Assembly (NCBI GenBank): GCA_963826535.1
Contig: CAWGXL010000008.1
Location: 2,679 to 66,678 of the forward strand
Length of the DNA: 64,000 bases
Reading direction: 5' to 3'
Source: an uncultured bacterium
Lineage (GTDB): Bacteria > Patescibacteriota > Microgenomatia > Levybacterales > UBA12049
Shown: in pieces, positions 1-9,272 of the stretch
Position numbering within the stretch: the stretch's first letter is position 1
Layout: each line of letters begins with the position of its first letter
The notes under the pieces: model-generated
Told to the model about the DNA's origin: nothing
The model's input: the letters and a program-made list of their open reading frames with translations, nothing else
Database searches by the model: none
Translations under genes and position numbers: made by a program

Positions 1-300
1 GACATAAAGAATTTTGATACTCATTGTCCTATATACTACAGAAAAGAAATACTAAAAAAAATTAATGTTGATTGGAATAAACCGCATGGCTATTGCATAA
101 AATCTATGTATTGTTATTTGGCAGGAATTGAAGGAACAGAATATCCGGATCTGAAAATCAGGAATTGTTTAGATGAAGAAAAAATAAAAGAACTGATTGC
201 AGGGAGGGAATATTTTTCAACGGGGAACCATGCTATCAATAGACCGATGATTAATATTTTAAATAGTCTTTATCCTGAAAAAAGTAAATATGAAATATAA
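1..300 (+). CDS. C-terminal fragment of a hypothetical protein whose start lies upstream of the window; possibly part of the glycan-modification cluster
   Basis: Frame 1 is open from base 1 to TAA at 298-300, with no start codon inside the window. Confidence 0.35.
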   Translation, partial: DIKNFDTHCPIYYRKEILKKINVDWNKPHGYCIKSMYCYLAGIEGTEYPDLKIRNCLDEEKIKELIAGREYFSTGNHAINRPMINILNSLYPEKSKYEI

Positions 301-369
301 AGAGATTGAAGTTATAAATAATCAATTTAAACATCCCATACGCCAAGTGGTTATGATTTTAATAGTAGG

Positions 370-1098
370 TTGTTTAATTGGTGTTGCCTTAAGTGCCGTA
401 GCATTCTTAATTGCGAAGGTTTCGCATTTTATAGGATTATGAATCATAAAGACTGGTTAGATAATGAATATAAATTATGGGTAGAAGCCCTGCAAACTTC
501 TACAGTATATAATTTCAAAGAACATCGACAGGTAAAAAGAATGTTAGGAGAAGTTGACGGTAATTTATTCTTTATTGGCTTTTTAAATAAAGACTTATAT
601 AATACTTTGGTTGAAATAGATAATATCGGTCGGTTACATAGTTACTATTTATCCGGGGCTTGTATTCGTATGGTTTATTATGCTCAAAAAGTATTAAAAT
701 CAAATCCTAAAAGCATTTGTGAAATAGGCGGAGGCGTTGGGCAGTTTTACGCAGTGCTACGGGCTTTAGGATATGAAGGGCGTTACTACATTTATGATCT
801 TCCAGAAGTGAAGAAATTCCAAAAGAAGTATTTACAGGAAGTGGAGAATATGACCGGGCTCAAACTTCCTTTGGTAAAAAGTAATTATGAAATGTGTTTA
901 AGTTTTTATGCTTTAGGTGAATTTGATGATGCAACAAAAGAGTGGTATATAGAAAATGTTGTAAATAAATGTGAACATGGTTTTGTGGTATGGAGTGCTC
1001 ACAGTGGGGCAAGTAATGAGGTAAATTTTAAACACAATCTTATTATAAGGCCTGAGAAGCCGCTAACTTTAGAAAATAATTTGCAAATTAGATGGTGA
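370..1098 (+). CDS. class I SAM-dependent methyltransferase (putative sugar O-methyltransferase)
   Basis: Motif I ICEIGGGVGQFY (ExGxGxG); the true start may be the Met at 442. Confidence 0.55.
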   Translation: MFNWCCLKCRSILNCEGFAFYRIMNHKDWLDNEYKLWVEALQTSTVYNFKEHRQVKRMLGEVDGNLFFIGFLNKDLYNTLVEIDNIGRLHSYYLSGACIRMVYYAQKVLKSNPKSICEIGGGVGQFYAVLRALGYEGRYYIYDLPEVKKFQKKYLQEVENMTGLKLPLVKSNYEMCLSFYALGEFDDATKEWYIENVVNKCEHGFVVWSAHSGASNEVNFKHNLIIRPEKPLTLENNLQIRW

Positions 1099-1117
1099 AT
1101 GAAAAAGCTAAACCCCT

Positions 1118-1681
1118 TTGGAAAACATGGACGCACATATAGAATTTATAAATGAGTTATTTGATTATAAGAACTTCCTAAAATATAGCAATACTTTAAT
1201 CGAGACGGGTTGTGCATGGGGAGATGGAGTGCAACGGGCTTTAGATGCAGGATTTAAAAAAGTGATAAGCATTGAGGCCAGTAATAAGTATTTTATTCAT
1301 TCCAAATCGAGATTTAATTCTAATGTAAGTATTTTACTTGGCGAGTCTAAAAAAGTTTTGCCTAAAATACTAAAAGGGAAACCATTAGTATTTTTTTTGG
1401 ATGCTCACCCTTCCGCTACGGATAGTTATGGGTATACAGAATGGGCAGCTACACAAGCAAATATCCAGGACAATATTATTAAGGCGGAACTTGGAATAAT
1501 CTTAGCCGACTATAACAAGCATATAATTATAATTGATGATATGCAGGGCTTAGATGAGTTTTCGCAAAGGTATATTGATATGATTTTAAAGGTTAATTCT
1601 GATTATCAGTTTAAATTCTATGATGAAAATTTAAGCGGCAATAAGTTTTATAAATCTAAAATATTGGCAGCGATTACATAA
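1118..1681 (+). CDS. FkbM-like (Methyltransf_21) SAM-dependent methyltransferase
   Basis: LIETGCAWGDG ... KVISIEASNKYF fits the FkbM-family N-terminal pattern. Confidence 0.5.
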   Translation: MENMDAHIEFINELFDYKNFLKYSNTLIETGCAWGDGVQRALDAGFKKVISIEASNKYFIHSKSRFNSNVSILLGESKKVLPKILKGKPLVFFLDAHPSATDSYGYTEWAATQANIQDNIIKAELGIILADYNKHIIIIDDMQGLDEFSQRYIDMILKVNSDYQFKFYDENLSGNKFYKSKILAAIT

Positions 1682-1688
1682 ATAAAAA

Positions 1689-1711
1689 ACCGCCTTACCT
1701 TGGATAAGGCG
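1689..1711. terminator. perfect 8-bp stem-loop (ccgcctta / taaggcgg) after the methyltransferase gene, possible terminator
   Basis: Inverted repeat read directly; an A-tract lies upstream and there is no T-tract downstream, so the hairpin is bidirectional or weak. Confidence 0.35.
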
Positions 1712-1785
1712 GGACACGGCTATATTTCAACTTCCGTGATTTTAATGAATAGTAGATCCCTCGCCAAGATTTACAAATATAGTAA

Positions 1786-3192
1786 ATGAAATTATCTTTT
1801 AGCAAATTAGGGAACTACGGGCGTTTCGGGAACGGATTATTTCAAGTGGCAAGTGTTTTAGGAATGGCTACATACAAAGCCGAAGCCGTATTTCCCGAAT
1901 GGAACTATGAAAAATATTTCGTAAAACTTCTGCCTCATGGTGAACAAGTAAAAAACCAGGTAATAGAGAAGCACTTTCATTATCATGATTGGGAGCTTAC
2001 AGAGGATAGTGATTTACTTGGTTACATGCAATCAGAAAAATATTTTGCATGGATAGAAGATAAAATAAAAGAGCAATTTACCTTTAAACCGGAAGTGCTG
2101 CAATCTGTAAAAGATAAATTTCCAAACCTGTTTGATAAAGAAGTTATTTTAATACAGATCCGAAGGACTGATTATGTTGGTTGTCCTCACTACTGGCAGT
2201 TACCAGTAACATATTTTATCCGGGCTCTCATAGAATATTTTCCCAATTACCAGGATTATAATATTGTTTTTATTAGTGATGATATTGCTTATGCCAAAGT
2301 ACATTTCGAATGTTTACCTAATGTTACGTTTGCAGATATACCGGATTATGAACAGATGGCACTTGCTACACTTTGCACACATTTTATAATTGCAAATAGT
2401 TCCTTTGGATGGTGGGCAGCATGGTTAGGTGAAAAACCCAATTCTAAAGTAATACATTCAGGCAGACTTCATGCAGGCAAGCTCTTGGAAAAATCTAATG
2501 AACAGGATTATTACCCTGAAAGATGGCTGGAATTTAAACGGGAAGATTATAAAATTGATTTAAATGATGTCACATTTACTATCCCGGTTTTTTTTGATCA
2601 TTCAGACCGCAAGCAAAACTTAGATTTATCTGTGTGTATTTTACAAACAAACTTTGAAACTAATATTACTATAGGAGAACAGGGTGGGACTAAGTTTGAA
2701 TATATGAGCAAGTGGTTTAAATATATTCATTTTGATTTTCCATACTTTCATCGTACAAAGATGCTTAATGATATGGCTACTGCTGCAAATACGCCTTATT
2801 TAGCCAATTGGGACGCAGATGTTATAATACCACCTTTCCAGATTTATCTGACTGTAGAGAAGCTAAGAAAGGGCAAAGACATGGTATTCCCATATGATGG
2901 ACGTTTTGCAAGGTTACCTCGTAAGGAATGGTTTAAGCCTATTGAGAAAATTCTTGACATAGGCGCAATAGGTGATACAGAACCTAAAGGAAAAAGGGGT
3001 CGTCCTGTTCCCGAAGGTTCGGTAGGAGGCGCAGTATTTTTCAACAAAGAATCGTTCATTGATGGGGGCATGGAAAACGAAAATATGATAAGTTTTGGAC
3101 CTGAGGATGGGGAGCGCAATGACCGTTTTGCAATATTAGGTTTTGATAAAGACAGGGTGGAGGATGCCTCTATCATATTGATCATTGGGTAG
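1786..3192 (+). CDS. two-domain glycosyltransferase: N-terminal GT11 alpha-1,2-fucosyltransferase-like domain fused to a C-terminal GT-A/galactosyltransferase-like domain
   Basis: GT11 motifs GRFGNGLFQ, IQIRRTDY (HxRRGDY-like) and ANSSFGWWAAWL; the C-terminal half carries the acidic GPEDGERNDR motif. Confidence 0.6.
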   Translation: MKLSFSKLGNYGRFGNGLFQVASVLGMATYKAEAVFPEWNYEKYFVKLLPHGEQVKNQVIEKHFHYHDWELTEDSDLLGYMQSEKYFAWIEDKIKEQFTFKPEVLQSVKDKFPNLFDKEVILIQIRRTDYVGCPHYWQLPVTYFIRALIEYFPNYQDYNIVFISDDIAYAKVHFECLPNVTFADIPDYEQMALATLCTHFIIANSSFGWWAAWLGEKPNSKVIHSGRLHAGKLLEKSNEQDYYPERWLEFKREDYKIDLNDVTFTIPVFFDHSDRKQNLDLSVCILQTNFETNITIGEQGGTKFEYMSKWFKYIHFDFPYFHRTKMLNDMATAANTPYLANWDADVIIPPFQIYLTVEKLRKGKDMVFPYDGRFARLPRKEWFKPIEKILDIGAIGDTEPKGKRGRPVPEGSVGGAVFFNKESFIDGGMENENMISFGPEDGERNDRFAILGFDKDRVEDASIILIIG

Positions 3193-3260
3193 GGCCTGAT
3201 AGCTCTCCACGAAATCCGTTTTTCAATTCAAATCATCTTGAAAAGGATAAGATACATACA

Positions 3261-3971
3261 ATGACTTCTGATGAATTAAGACTTTATGTTGATACCTGGC
3301 ATTGGCGACACAAATACACGAGTAATTATTATAAGAGAATAGGATCCGGGAGTGTTAAAAGTGCCAGTGAAGTTTTCAAAGAGTTAAGAAAACATATTAG
3401 GTTTAAAACAATTATAGACATTGGTTGCGGTATAGGTGAGTGGAATGATGGCAATCCAAACTATTTTGGAGTTGATTATAATATACCAAGGAAAAGTTTA
3501 ATGATAGACACTAAAAATTATATAGATATTGATCTTGAAAAAGATGATGCTGTAAGAAATAAAATATTATGGGCAACAGGAAAAGAAAAATTTGATTTGT
3601 GTTTATGCCTGGAAGTCGCGGAACATATCAGCGAAGAAAGATCAGATATTTTAATTGAAATGTTGTGTAATTTATCGGATAAAGTTTTATTTGGTGCAGC
3701 AATACCAAATCAGGGAGGTACGGGTCATATTAATGAACAATGGCAGACATATTGGGCTGAAAAATTTGCATCTAATAAATTCTATCCTTATAAAACAGAT
3801 ATCAGAAAAGCGTTCTTTAATAATGAAAACGTAGAAATGTGGTATAAAAACAATATGATCTTATTTACTAAAAAAAAATTTAAAATAGATTACCAGTTAA
3901 ATTTTGTGCATCCTGAAATGTTTACTTCTTGTATTCAGCATTATAAGAATCAGTTAAAACAGGTAGTTTAA
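3261..3971 (+). CDS. class I SAM-dependent methyltransferase
   Basis: Motif I IIDIGCGIGEW; post-I acidic motif LCLEVAEHI. Confidence 0.55.
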   Translation: MTSDELRLYVDTWHWRHKYTSNYYKRIGSGSVKSASEVFKELRKHIRFKTIIDIGCGIGEWNDGNPNYFGVDYNIPRKSLMIDTKNYIDIDLEKDDAVRNKILWATGKEKFDLCLCLEVAEHISEERSDILIEMLCNLSDKVLFGAAIPNQGGTGHINEQWQTYWAEKFASNKFYPYKTDIRKAFFNNENVEMWYKNNMILFTKKKFKIDYQLNFVHPEMFTSCIQHYKNQLKQVV

Positions 3972-4326
3972 TTTCTAATTCTTTGCCTGTTAAAGCAAAG
4001 TAAAGGTTTTGTAGTTGATGTAGGTATTTAAGTTCAACCCCTTCCATTGAACCATTAAAACTAACTTTAAACCCGTTATCTGTTTTATCTAAGTCTATTT
4101 CATTATTACTAAAATCACATTGTAATCCTTCTGGTTTAAATCCGCATCCTTCTAATATTTCAGGTGTGAGTGGAATGGGATGAACGTGATCTTGAATAAA
4201 TTCATTAATTAAATAAAAAAAACCGTCTTTTACAGACTGTTTTGATATTTTATCAACCTTAATCCAATTATCATTTATAATTGTTGTAATCCAATTCCCT
4301 ATCCGTAATTCTTCTGCTTGTATCAT
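3922..4326 (-). CDS. hypothetical protein, member of a duplicated family (paralog at 7702-8094)
   Basis: Shares ELRIGN, HPIPLTPEILEGCGFK and YLHQLQNLYFALTGKELE with the 7702..8094 product. Confidence 0.5.
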   Translation of the reverse strand: MIQAEELRIGNWITTIINDNWIKVDKISKQSVKDGFFYLINEFIQDHVHPIPLTPEILEGCGFKPEGLQCDFSNNEIDLDKTDNGFKVSFNGSMEGVELKYLHQLQNLYFALTGKELEIKLPVLTDSYNAEYKK

Positions 4327-4402
4327 ACTTCTAAGATACTAAGTATAAACTTATACTTACCCCTTTTCCTTAGTATTAATTTTAGTCAATCAATTAATTA
4401 TT

Positions 4403-4717
4403 ATGAAAGTAAAAATTATAAAAGATCACTGGACGTATAAAAAAGACGAAGTTATAGATGTGGAAGAAGGCAGGGGTATTTATCTTCTAAAGGTTCATGT
4501 TGCACAAGAAGTTAAAGAGGAACCTGAATTAGATGAGCCGGATGTGGAGCAGGATTGGAACTTGGAAGAACCTAATGAACAGGTTGAATATTTGGCAAAA
4601 GGAAGTGTAGAAGGAATGGAAGATGTTGAATCTGGTAGCGAACCAATGGTAATTAATCCATCCAGTGGCAAACCTGTAACCAAAAAAGCTACAACAACTA
4701 AAAAACGTAAAAAATGA
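4403..4717 (+). CDS. hypothetical phage protein with an acidic middle and a Lys-rich C-terminus
   Basis: ORF of 104 aa opening the structural operon. Confidence 0.4.
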   Translation: MKVKIIKDHWTYKKDEVIDVEEGRGIYLLKVHVAQEVKEEPELDEPDVEQDWNLEEPNEQVEYLAKGSVEGMEDVESGSEPMVINPSSGKPVTKKATTTKKRKK

Positions 4718-5313
4718 ATTACTATATAGAAGATTCAGACCTGGCAAAAAGAAACCAGATAATGAGGATTGGTAGCGGCAGCGAGATTGCTTACAATGCC
4801 GTTTTGGATGTGATGTTTTCGGACGAAGAAGAAACCGAACCTGTTTTGCTTGAAGAGGCTAAAGCCTGGTGCAGGATAGATGTAGATGATGACGATAATA
4901 TAATTGAAGAACTTATTACAGCAGCCCGTATCATTTGCGAGCAATATACAAATATTAGTTTTATTCCCCGGACAGTTACAGCAAGATTGAAAAATGAATT
5001 AGGAGGTATTTACCTTCCTTATGGACCTGTTGTCACGGAGGATGATGATCCTGTAGTTTTTACCGATGATGAAGGCGCGGAACAGGCAGAAGACACTTAT
5101 AAAGTTGTAGGTGTGCAGTTCAAAGCAATAAAAACACCTTTTACAGAAATGACAGCTACTTATTCAGCAGGATTTACAACACTGCCTGCTTCTTTAAAAG
5201 AAGCATTACTTAATCAAATAGATTATATGTACTCTTTTAGGGGTAGTGACAGGTCAGCTAAAATTTCTTCTAATGCCTTAGAAGATTTAAATAAAGTTAG
5301 GAGAGTATATTAA
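4714..5313 (+). CDS. head-tail connector / DNA-packaging protein (gp6-like, Phage_connect_1)
   Basis: EEAKAWCRIDVDDDDNIIEELITAARIICEQYT matches the gp6-like signature. Confidence 0.6.
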   Translation: MNYYIEDSDLAKRNQIMRIGSGSEIAYNAVLDVMFSDEEETEPVLLEEAKAWCRIDVDDDDNIIEELITAARIICEQYTNISFIPRTVTARLKNELGGIYLPYGPVVTEDDDPVVFTDDEGAEQAEDTYKVVGVQFKAIKTPFTEMTATYSAGFTTLPASLKEALLNQIDYMYSFRGSDRSAKISSNALEDLNKVRRVY

Positions 5314-5380
5314 AAAAAGGTTACCCCTCTGATGATTTGAACAGTGCGCACCAATCAAACCTGTAAGCAAGGGGAAACCG

Positions 5381-5656
5381 ATGCAAATATATAAAGTTAT
5401 GTTCACAGACAGATTTATAATGGTTCCTGTTGAGTTATATTCAATAAACGCTGAGCTTATAGGATATAACGAAGATTCCAAAACTAATACTGTACTCGTA
5501 AGAATTAATCCTTTAGATATTTCTATTTATAGAGAATATTCAGAGGGCGGTTTACTCACGGGGGAGACAACAGTTATCTTAAAAAACGGTGAAAATTTTA
5601 TTATTCATATGCCAATTAATGAATTTGAAAATTTACTAAATCACTTTAATAAATGA
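5381..5656 (+). CDS. hypothetical phage protein
   Basis: Small ORF in the structural operon. Confidence 0.35.
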   Translation: MQIYKVMFTDRFIMVPVELYSINAELIGYNEDSKTNTVLVRINPLDISIYREYSEGGLLTGETTVILKNGENFIIHMPINEFENLLNHFNK

Positions 5657-6042
5657 CTGGACAACTAAACAGGCGTATAACAATAAAATCATGGACACAT
5701 GAAACCGATGAAGCCGGTGGCGTTTCTTCTGTAGTCGGTGTATCTTATACTATTTGGGCTAAAGTAGAAGCAAGATCAGGCGCTATGTACACAAGTGAAC
5801 AGCAGGCACTATGGAACTATGACTATAAGGTAACATTCAGATATGAAGCCTCCAGAGTAGTAAAATCTAACATGACCATTGATTATGATAATAAGCGGAT
5901 GGCTATTAAATCCATCTCATTTTTAGAGGAAGGAAATAGAAAATTTTGTGTAGCAAGATGTACTACAACAGATGAAAACATTTTACCAGGTGAATCTAAT
6001 TTATTACTAACAGAGGAAGGCGATCATTTAATTCAAGAATAA
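5653..6042 (+). CDS. head-tail joining / head closure protein (SPP1 gp16-like)
   Basis: QLNRRITIKSW...DEAGG...WAKVEARSG pattern at the expected operon position. Confidence 0.5.
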   Translation: MTGQLNRRITIKSWTHETDEAGGVSSVVGVSYTIWAKVEARSGAMYTSEQQALWNYDYKVTFRYEASRVVKSNMTIDYDNKRMAIKSISFLEEGNRKFCVARCTTTDENILPGESNLLLTEEGDHLIQE

Positions 6043-6057
6043 TTCGACAAGCTCATT

Positions 6058-6624
6058 ATGGCAGATAAAAAATATACAGAATTAGTTGCAGCTAATTTAC
6101 CACTTACAGGCGCTGAAATTATTGCTTTAGTTCAGAGTGGAGTAAGTAAAAAAACACCTGTATCGAATTTGCCAACAAGCGGAAAGCCAGTTTCTGCAAG
6201 TGTATCAGGTAGTGATTTTACAACTACTTCCAATGTAGCAGCAAATGTTACCGGGCTTTCCATTGCCGTATCAGCTAATAGAAAGTATAGGGTTTTAGCT
6301 TCACTTAATACAGGTTGCAATAGTACAGGAGGTATAAAAATTGGTTTTAATGGTCCTGCAGGGAGTGCAATACTAACAGGTAGTTGGGTAGGGTCAGCAA
6401 CATCGATTTCTAATAACCAACAACTTAAATTTACCACTATGGGGACTCTTAGTGGTACAGCTTTTAATAGGGTTAATTCCGCTAATGGAATAGTAACATT
6501 TATAGGGTATATTACAACATCAGTAACGGCTGGCAATATTGTTATTCAGGTTGCAAGCAGTACAGATACTGAAACATCAACAGTTTTTATAGGAAGTACG
6601 TTTGATTTAACCGAAGTACAATAA
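6058..6624 (+). CDS. hypothetical beta-rich structural protein
   Basis: Ser/Thr/Gly-rich 188-aa ORF within the head-tail module. Confidence 0.4.
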   Translation: MADKKYTELVAANLPLTGAEIIALVQSGVSKKTPVSNLPTSGKPVSASVSGSDFTTTSNVAANVTGLSIAVSANRKYRVLASLNTGCNSTGGIKIGFNGPAGSAILTGSWVGSATSISNNQQLKFTTMGTLSGTAFNRVNSANGIVTFIGYITTSVTAGNIVIQVASSTDTETSTVFIGSTFDLTEVQ

Positions 6625-6625
6625 A

Positions 6626-7147
6626 ATGGGATTCACAATAAATATTGACACAAATAAAGTTAATGTAGCTTTAAAAGGCATTGAGAATAAAGCCAAAACA
6701 TTTATTCAAAAAGAGTTAGAAACCTTTGCGCTCAATGTCGTTAATGATGCCAAAAGGCTGGCTCCTGTTGATGAAGGACACCTAAGAAATTCAATAAGTT
6801 TTAATTCAAAACCTCTGAAAGTTGATGTAGTTGTAGCGGCTGATTATGCCCCGTTTTTAGAATTTGGGACTAAGGCTTTTGCCGCTAAATATGTTTCAAG
6901 TTTGCCGGCAGAGTGGCAAACTTACGCAGCCTCATTTAAAAATAGGATGCCGGGAACTTATGATGATTTTATATTTAGATTAACTGGCTGGATTAAACGC
7001 AAAGGCATTGCAAAGGGAGATGATATAGATCAGATTGCTTATATCTTTGCCCGTAAGATTATGATTACGGGTATTAAACCTCAGCCATTTCTTTATCCAA
7101 GTTTTTCTAAGAACTTAATAAAATTAAAGCAAAGATTAAATGCGTGA
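6626..7147 (+). CDS. tail component, HK97 gp10 family
   Basis: VDEGHLRNSI motif (vDtGrLrnS signature). Confidence 0.55.
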   Translation: MGFTINIDTNKVNVALKGIENKAKTFIQKELETFALNVVNDAKRLAPVDEGHLRNSISFNSKPLKVDVVVAADYAPFLEFGTKAFAAKYVSSLPAEWQTYAASFKNRMPGTYDDFIFRLTGWIKRKGIAKGDDIDQIAYIFARKIMITGIKPQPFLYPSFSKNLIKLKQRLNA

Positions 7148-7296
7148 TGTTAATTTTGTTCTTACTTTTTCTGTCATAGCTTTCTCAATAGGCCACCCAT
7201 AAAATTTTCTCGCATGAAACGTGCCGCTTTTTATATTATTTAGTTTTAAAGTATAAAGATAATTTTAGATAACTCATATCTGATTAGTTTTACTCC

Positions 7297-7734
7297 ATGC
7301 GCTCAGTTAATTTCCCTTTAAGAAAAAAGTACTATTCTTTACTTACCGGCATTACTTATAATGATGTATTAGTGCCCTCATTTTATCAAAAAGCTCCAAA
7401 TGATTTGGTGACCGAAAATTATATAGTATTTGGAGAAATAAGTAGTAACGATACTTCAAGTAAGTACAAGGCAGAAACCGAAACTTCAATTAGATTAACA
7501 ATACATACTTATAAAAGTATTTATAATTCCGGCGAATCTGCGGATTCAATCGCTAATGAAATATTTGCAAGAGTTTATCCGAATGGCCAGGTTAATCATG
7601 ACCTTTCGGAAGATAGCTTGCAAGTTGTAAATACAAGGTTAAGTTCTGATTATACACAGAATTATAATATAAATAACGAAAGAGAATATATTGACCGACA
7701 CTTAACATTTACTCACATTATTTTCCATCAATAA
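7297..7734 (+). CDS. hypothetical protein (possibly tail terminator-like)
   Basis: Sits between the gp10-like and major tail genes. Confidence 0.35.
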   Translation: MRSVNFPLRKKYYSLLTGITYNDVLVPSFYQKAPNDLVTENYIVFGEISSNDTSSKYKAETETSIRLTIHTYKSIYNSGESADSIANEIFARVYPNGQVNHDLSEDSLQVVNTRLSSDYTQNYNINNEREYIDRHLTFTHIIFHQ

Positions 7735-8094
7735 GTTTACTTCTAATTCTTTGCCGATTAAAGCAAAGTATAAGTTTTGTAATTGGTGCAAATATGTAAT
7801 ATGAATAATCCTATCATGGGTTCCTTCATAATCTATATGAACGTAATAAAAATCAGTATCCAACGAAAGATTTGGGATGGAATAAATACCAAAATCTTTA
7901 TTACACTTAAACCCACAACTTTCAAGTATTTCAGGTGTGAGTGGAATGGGTTTTATATGATCAAATACTTCAATATCTCTTTTTCCTGATTTAAATTCAA
8001 TAGATATACCATTCTCAAAAACCTCTTTTATAGTACAACTATTAAATAGTGCAAATACACAATTTCCAATCCTTAATTCATTTGCTTTTATCAT
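7702..8094 (-). CDS. hypothetical protein, paralog of 3922-4326
   Basis: Same conserved blocks as 3922..4326, encoded antisense to the structural operon. Confidence 0.5.
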   Translation of the reverse strand: MIKANELRIGNCVFALFNSCTIKEVFENGISIEFKSGKRDIEVFDHIKPIPLTPEILESCGFKCNKDFGIYSIPNLSLDTDFYYVHIDYEGTHDRIIHITYLHQLQNLYFALIGKELEVNLLMENNVSKC

Positions 8095-8175
8095 AGTAGC
8101 ATAATTAAATCTTTATACAAAGTACAAAATTATGCCTTACCCATTTAAATATTTTTATACCCTAAAATATTTACT

Positions 8176-8610
8176 ATGGCACAACGGAATTTAGATGCAA
8201 CTAATTATGGACTTTTCATTGATCCTGCAGGGGGAACAGACTACAGTATGATAGTTTGTCTTATCTCACAAACACTTAACCGAACTACTGAAACTCTGGA
8301 CTCAGGCTCTAAGTGCGGAGTATCTTCAGGCGCTGGCAAAAAATCAGCAGACGTAAGTTTTGAAGGTGTTTTAGCTCTTGATCCTGATTCGGGTAACATT
8401 TCAGGTTCAGGGCTGCATGATTTGTGGGATGCTTCAACTGTTTTTGGGTGGAAAATTGGCAGGCTTGTCCCTATTGCCGGTGATGTAACTTATTCAGCTA
8501 CCGGGTATTTAACGAGCTTGAGCGATACTTACCCTATCGGTGATGGTACCTTCTCAGGTGCTTTTGCAGTATCAAGCAATATAGTTAAGGTAGTAGAGGC
8601 TGAAAGTTAA
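8176..8610 (+). CDS. putative major tail (tube) protein
   Basis: Position immediately before the chaperone and tape measure; Gly/Ser-rich, about 144 aa. Confidence 0.45.
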   Translation: MAQRNLDATNYGLFIDPAGGTDYSMIVCLISQTLNRTTETLDSGSKCGVSSGAGKKSADVSFEGVLALDPDSGNISGSGLHDLWDASTVFGWKIGRLVPIAGDVTYSATGYLTSLSDTYPIGDGTFSGAFAVSSNIVKVVEAES

Positions 8611-8613
8611 TTT

Positions 8614-8955
8614 ATGAGTTACATCAAAATCGAATTAGGCGGCAAAGAAAGGGGTCTAAAATTCAATCAGCTTGCTTTGGAAGAAATGACAAAGCTTTTT
8701 AACTCTGATTCTGCTACGTCTAATATTTATGCAATGTTTTGGGGAGGCTTAAAAGGAAATTCTTTTGTAAAAAGGGAAGAGCCGGACTACAGTTTTGAGG
8801 AAGTTTGTGATTGGGTAGACGAGATTTATGCAACAAAGAGGTTAGACGTAATTATTGAAGTTGAAAAGGCATTGGTTGAAACACAGCTTTATAAAAGTTT
8901 GCTTGAGGTGGAAGATAAGGAAGAAAAAAAAAGCAAACTAAAAAAGATCGTATAA
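8614..8955 (+). CDS. tail assembly chaperone (G-like)
   Basis: MSYIKIELGGKERGLKFNQLALEEM pattern directly upstream of the tape measure gene. Confidence 0.5.
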   Translation: MSYIKIELGGKERGLKFNQLALEEMTKLFNSDSATSNIYAMFWGGLKGNSFVKREEPDYSFEEVCDWVDEIYATKRLDVIIEVEKALVETQLYKSLLEVEDKEEKKSKLKKIV

Positions 8956-9272
8956 CTGATTTATTTGAGTTGCATAAATTCTTTTTTGGTGTTTTAGGGC
9001 TTAGCGAATATGAATATTATACCAATTCCCCTTATACAAATTACTGCAAAATAAAAGGGTATGAAGATAAGCAGGAAAGACTTGCATCAATGCTTCGTGT
9101 AGCTTCATACCGCATCCATCAAAGCCTCGTTCAGAAGCCGCTTAATATTAAAGAATATTGGCCTTTGCCCTCTGATAAGATACCACAAGTTCAAAGATAT
9201 ACTGATAAAAAAGAGCCTTTGATAAGCAGGGAGTTGTTGGCGCAAATAAAGAAGGCTCATCATCTCACATAA
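8931..9272 (+). CDS. -1 frame extension of the tail assembly chaperone (G-T-like product via programmed frameshift)
   Basis: The A9 run at 8924-8932 (A AAA AAA) lies in frame 1; the -1 frame is open from 8931 and continues into the 8970 ORF up to the tape measure start. Confidence 0.45.
   Translation, partial: KQTKKDRITDLFELHKFFFGVLGLSEYEYYTNSPYTNYCKIKGYEDKQERLASMLRVASYRIHQSLVQKPLNIKEYWPLPSDKIPQVQRYTDKKEPLISRELLAQIKKAHHLT

Noticed and set aside
2844-3185. Minus-strand ORF of 113 aa inside the glycosyltransferase gene
   Set aside because: It is fully embedded antisense in a well-supported coding region and carries no motifs.
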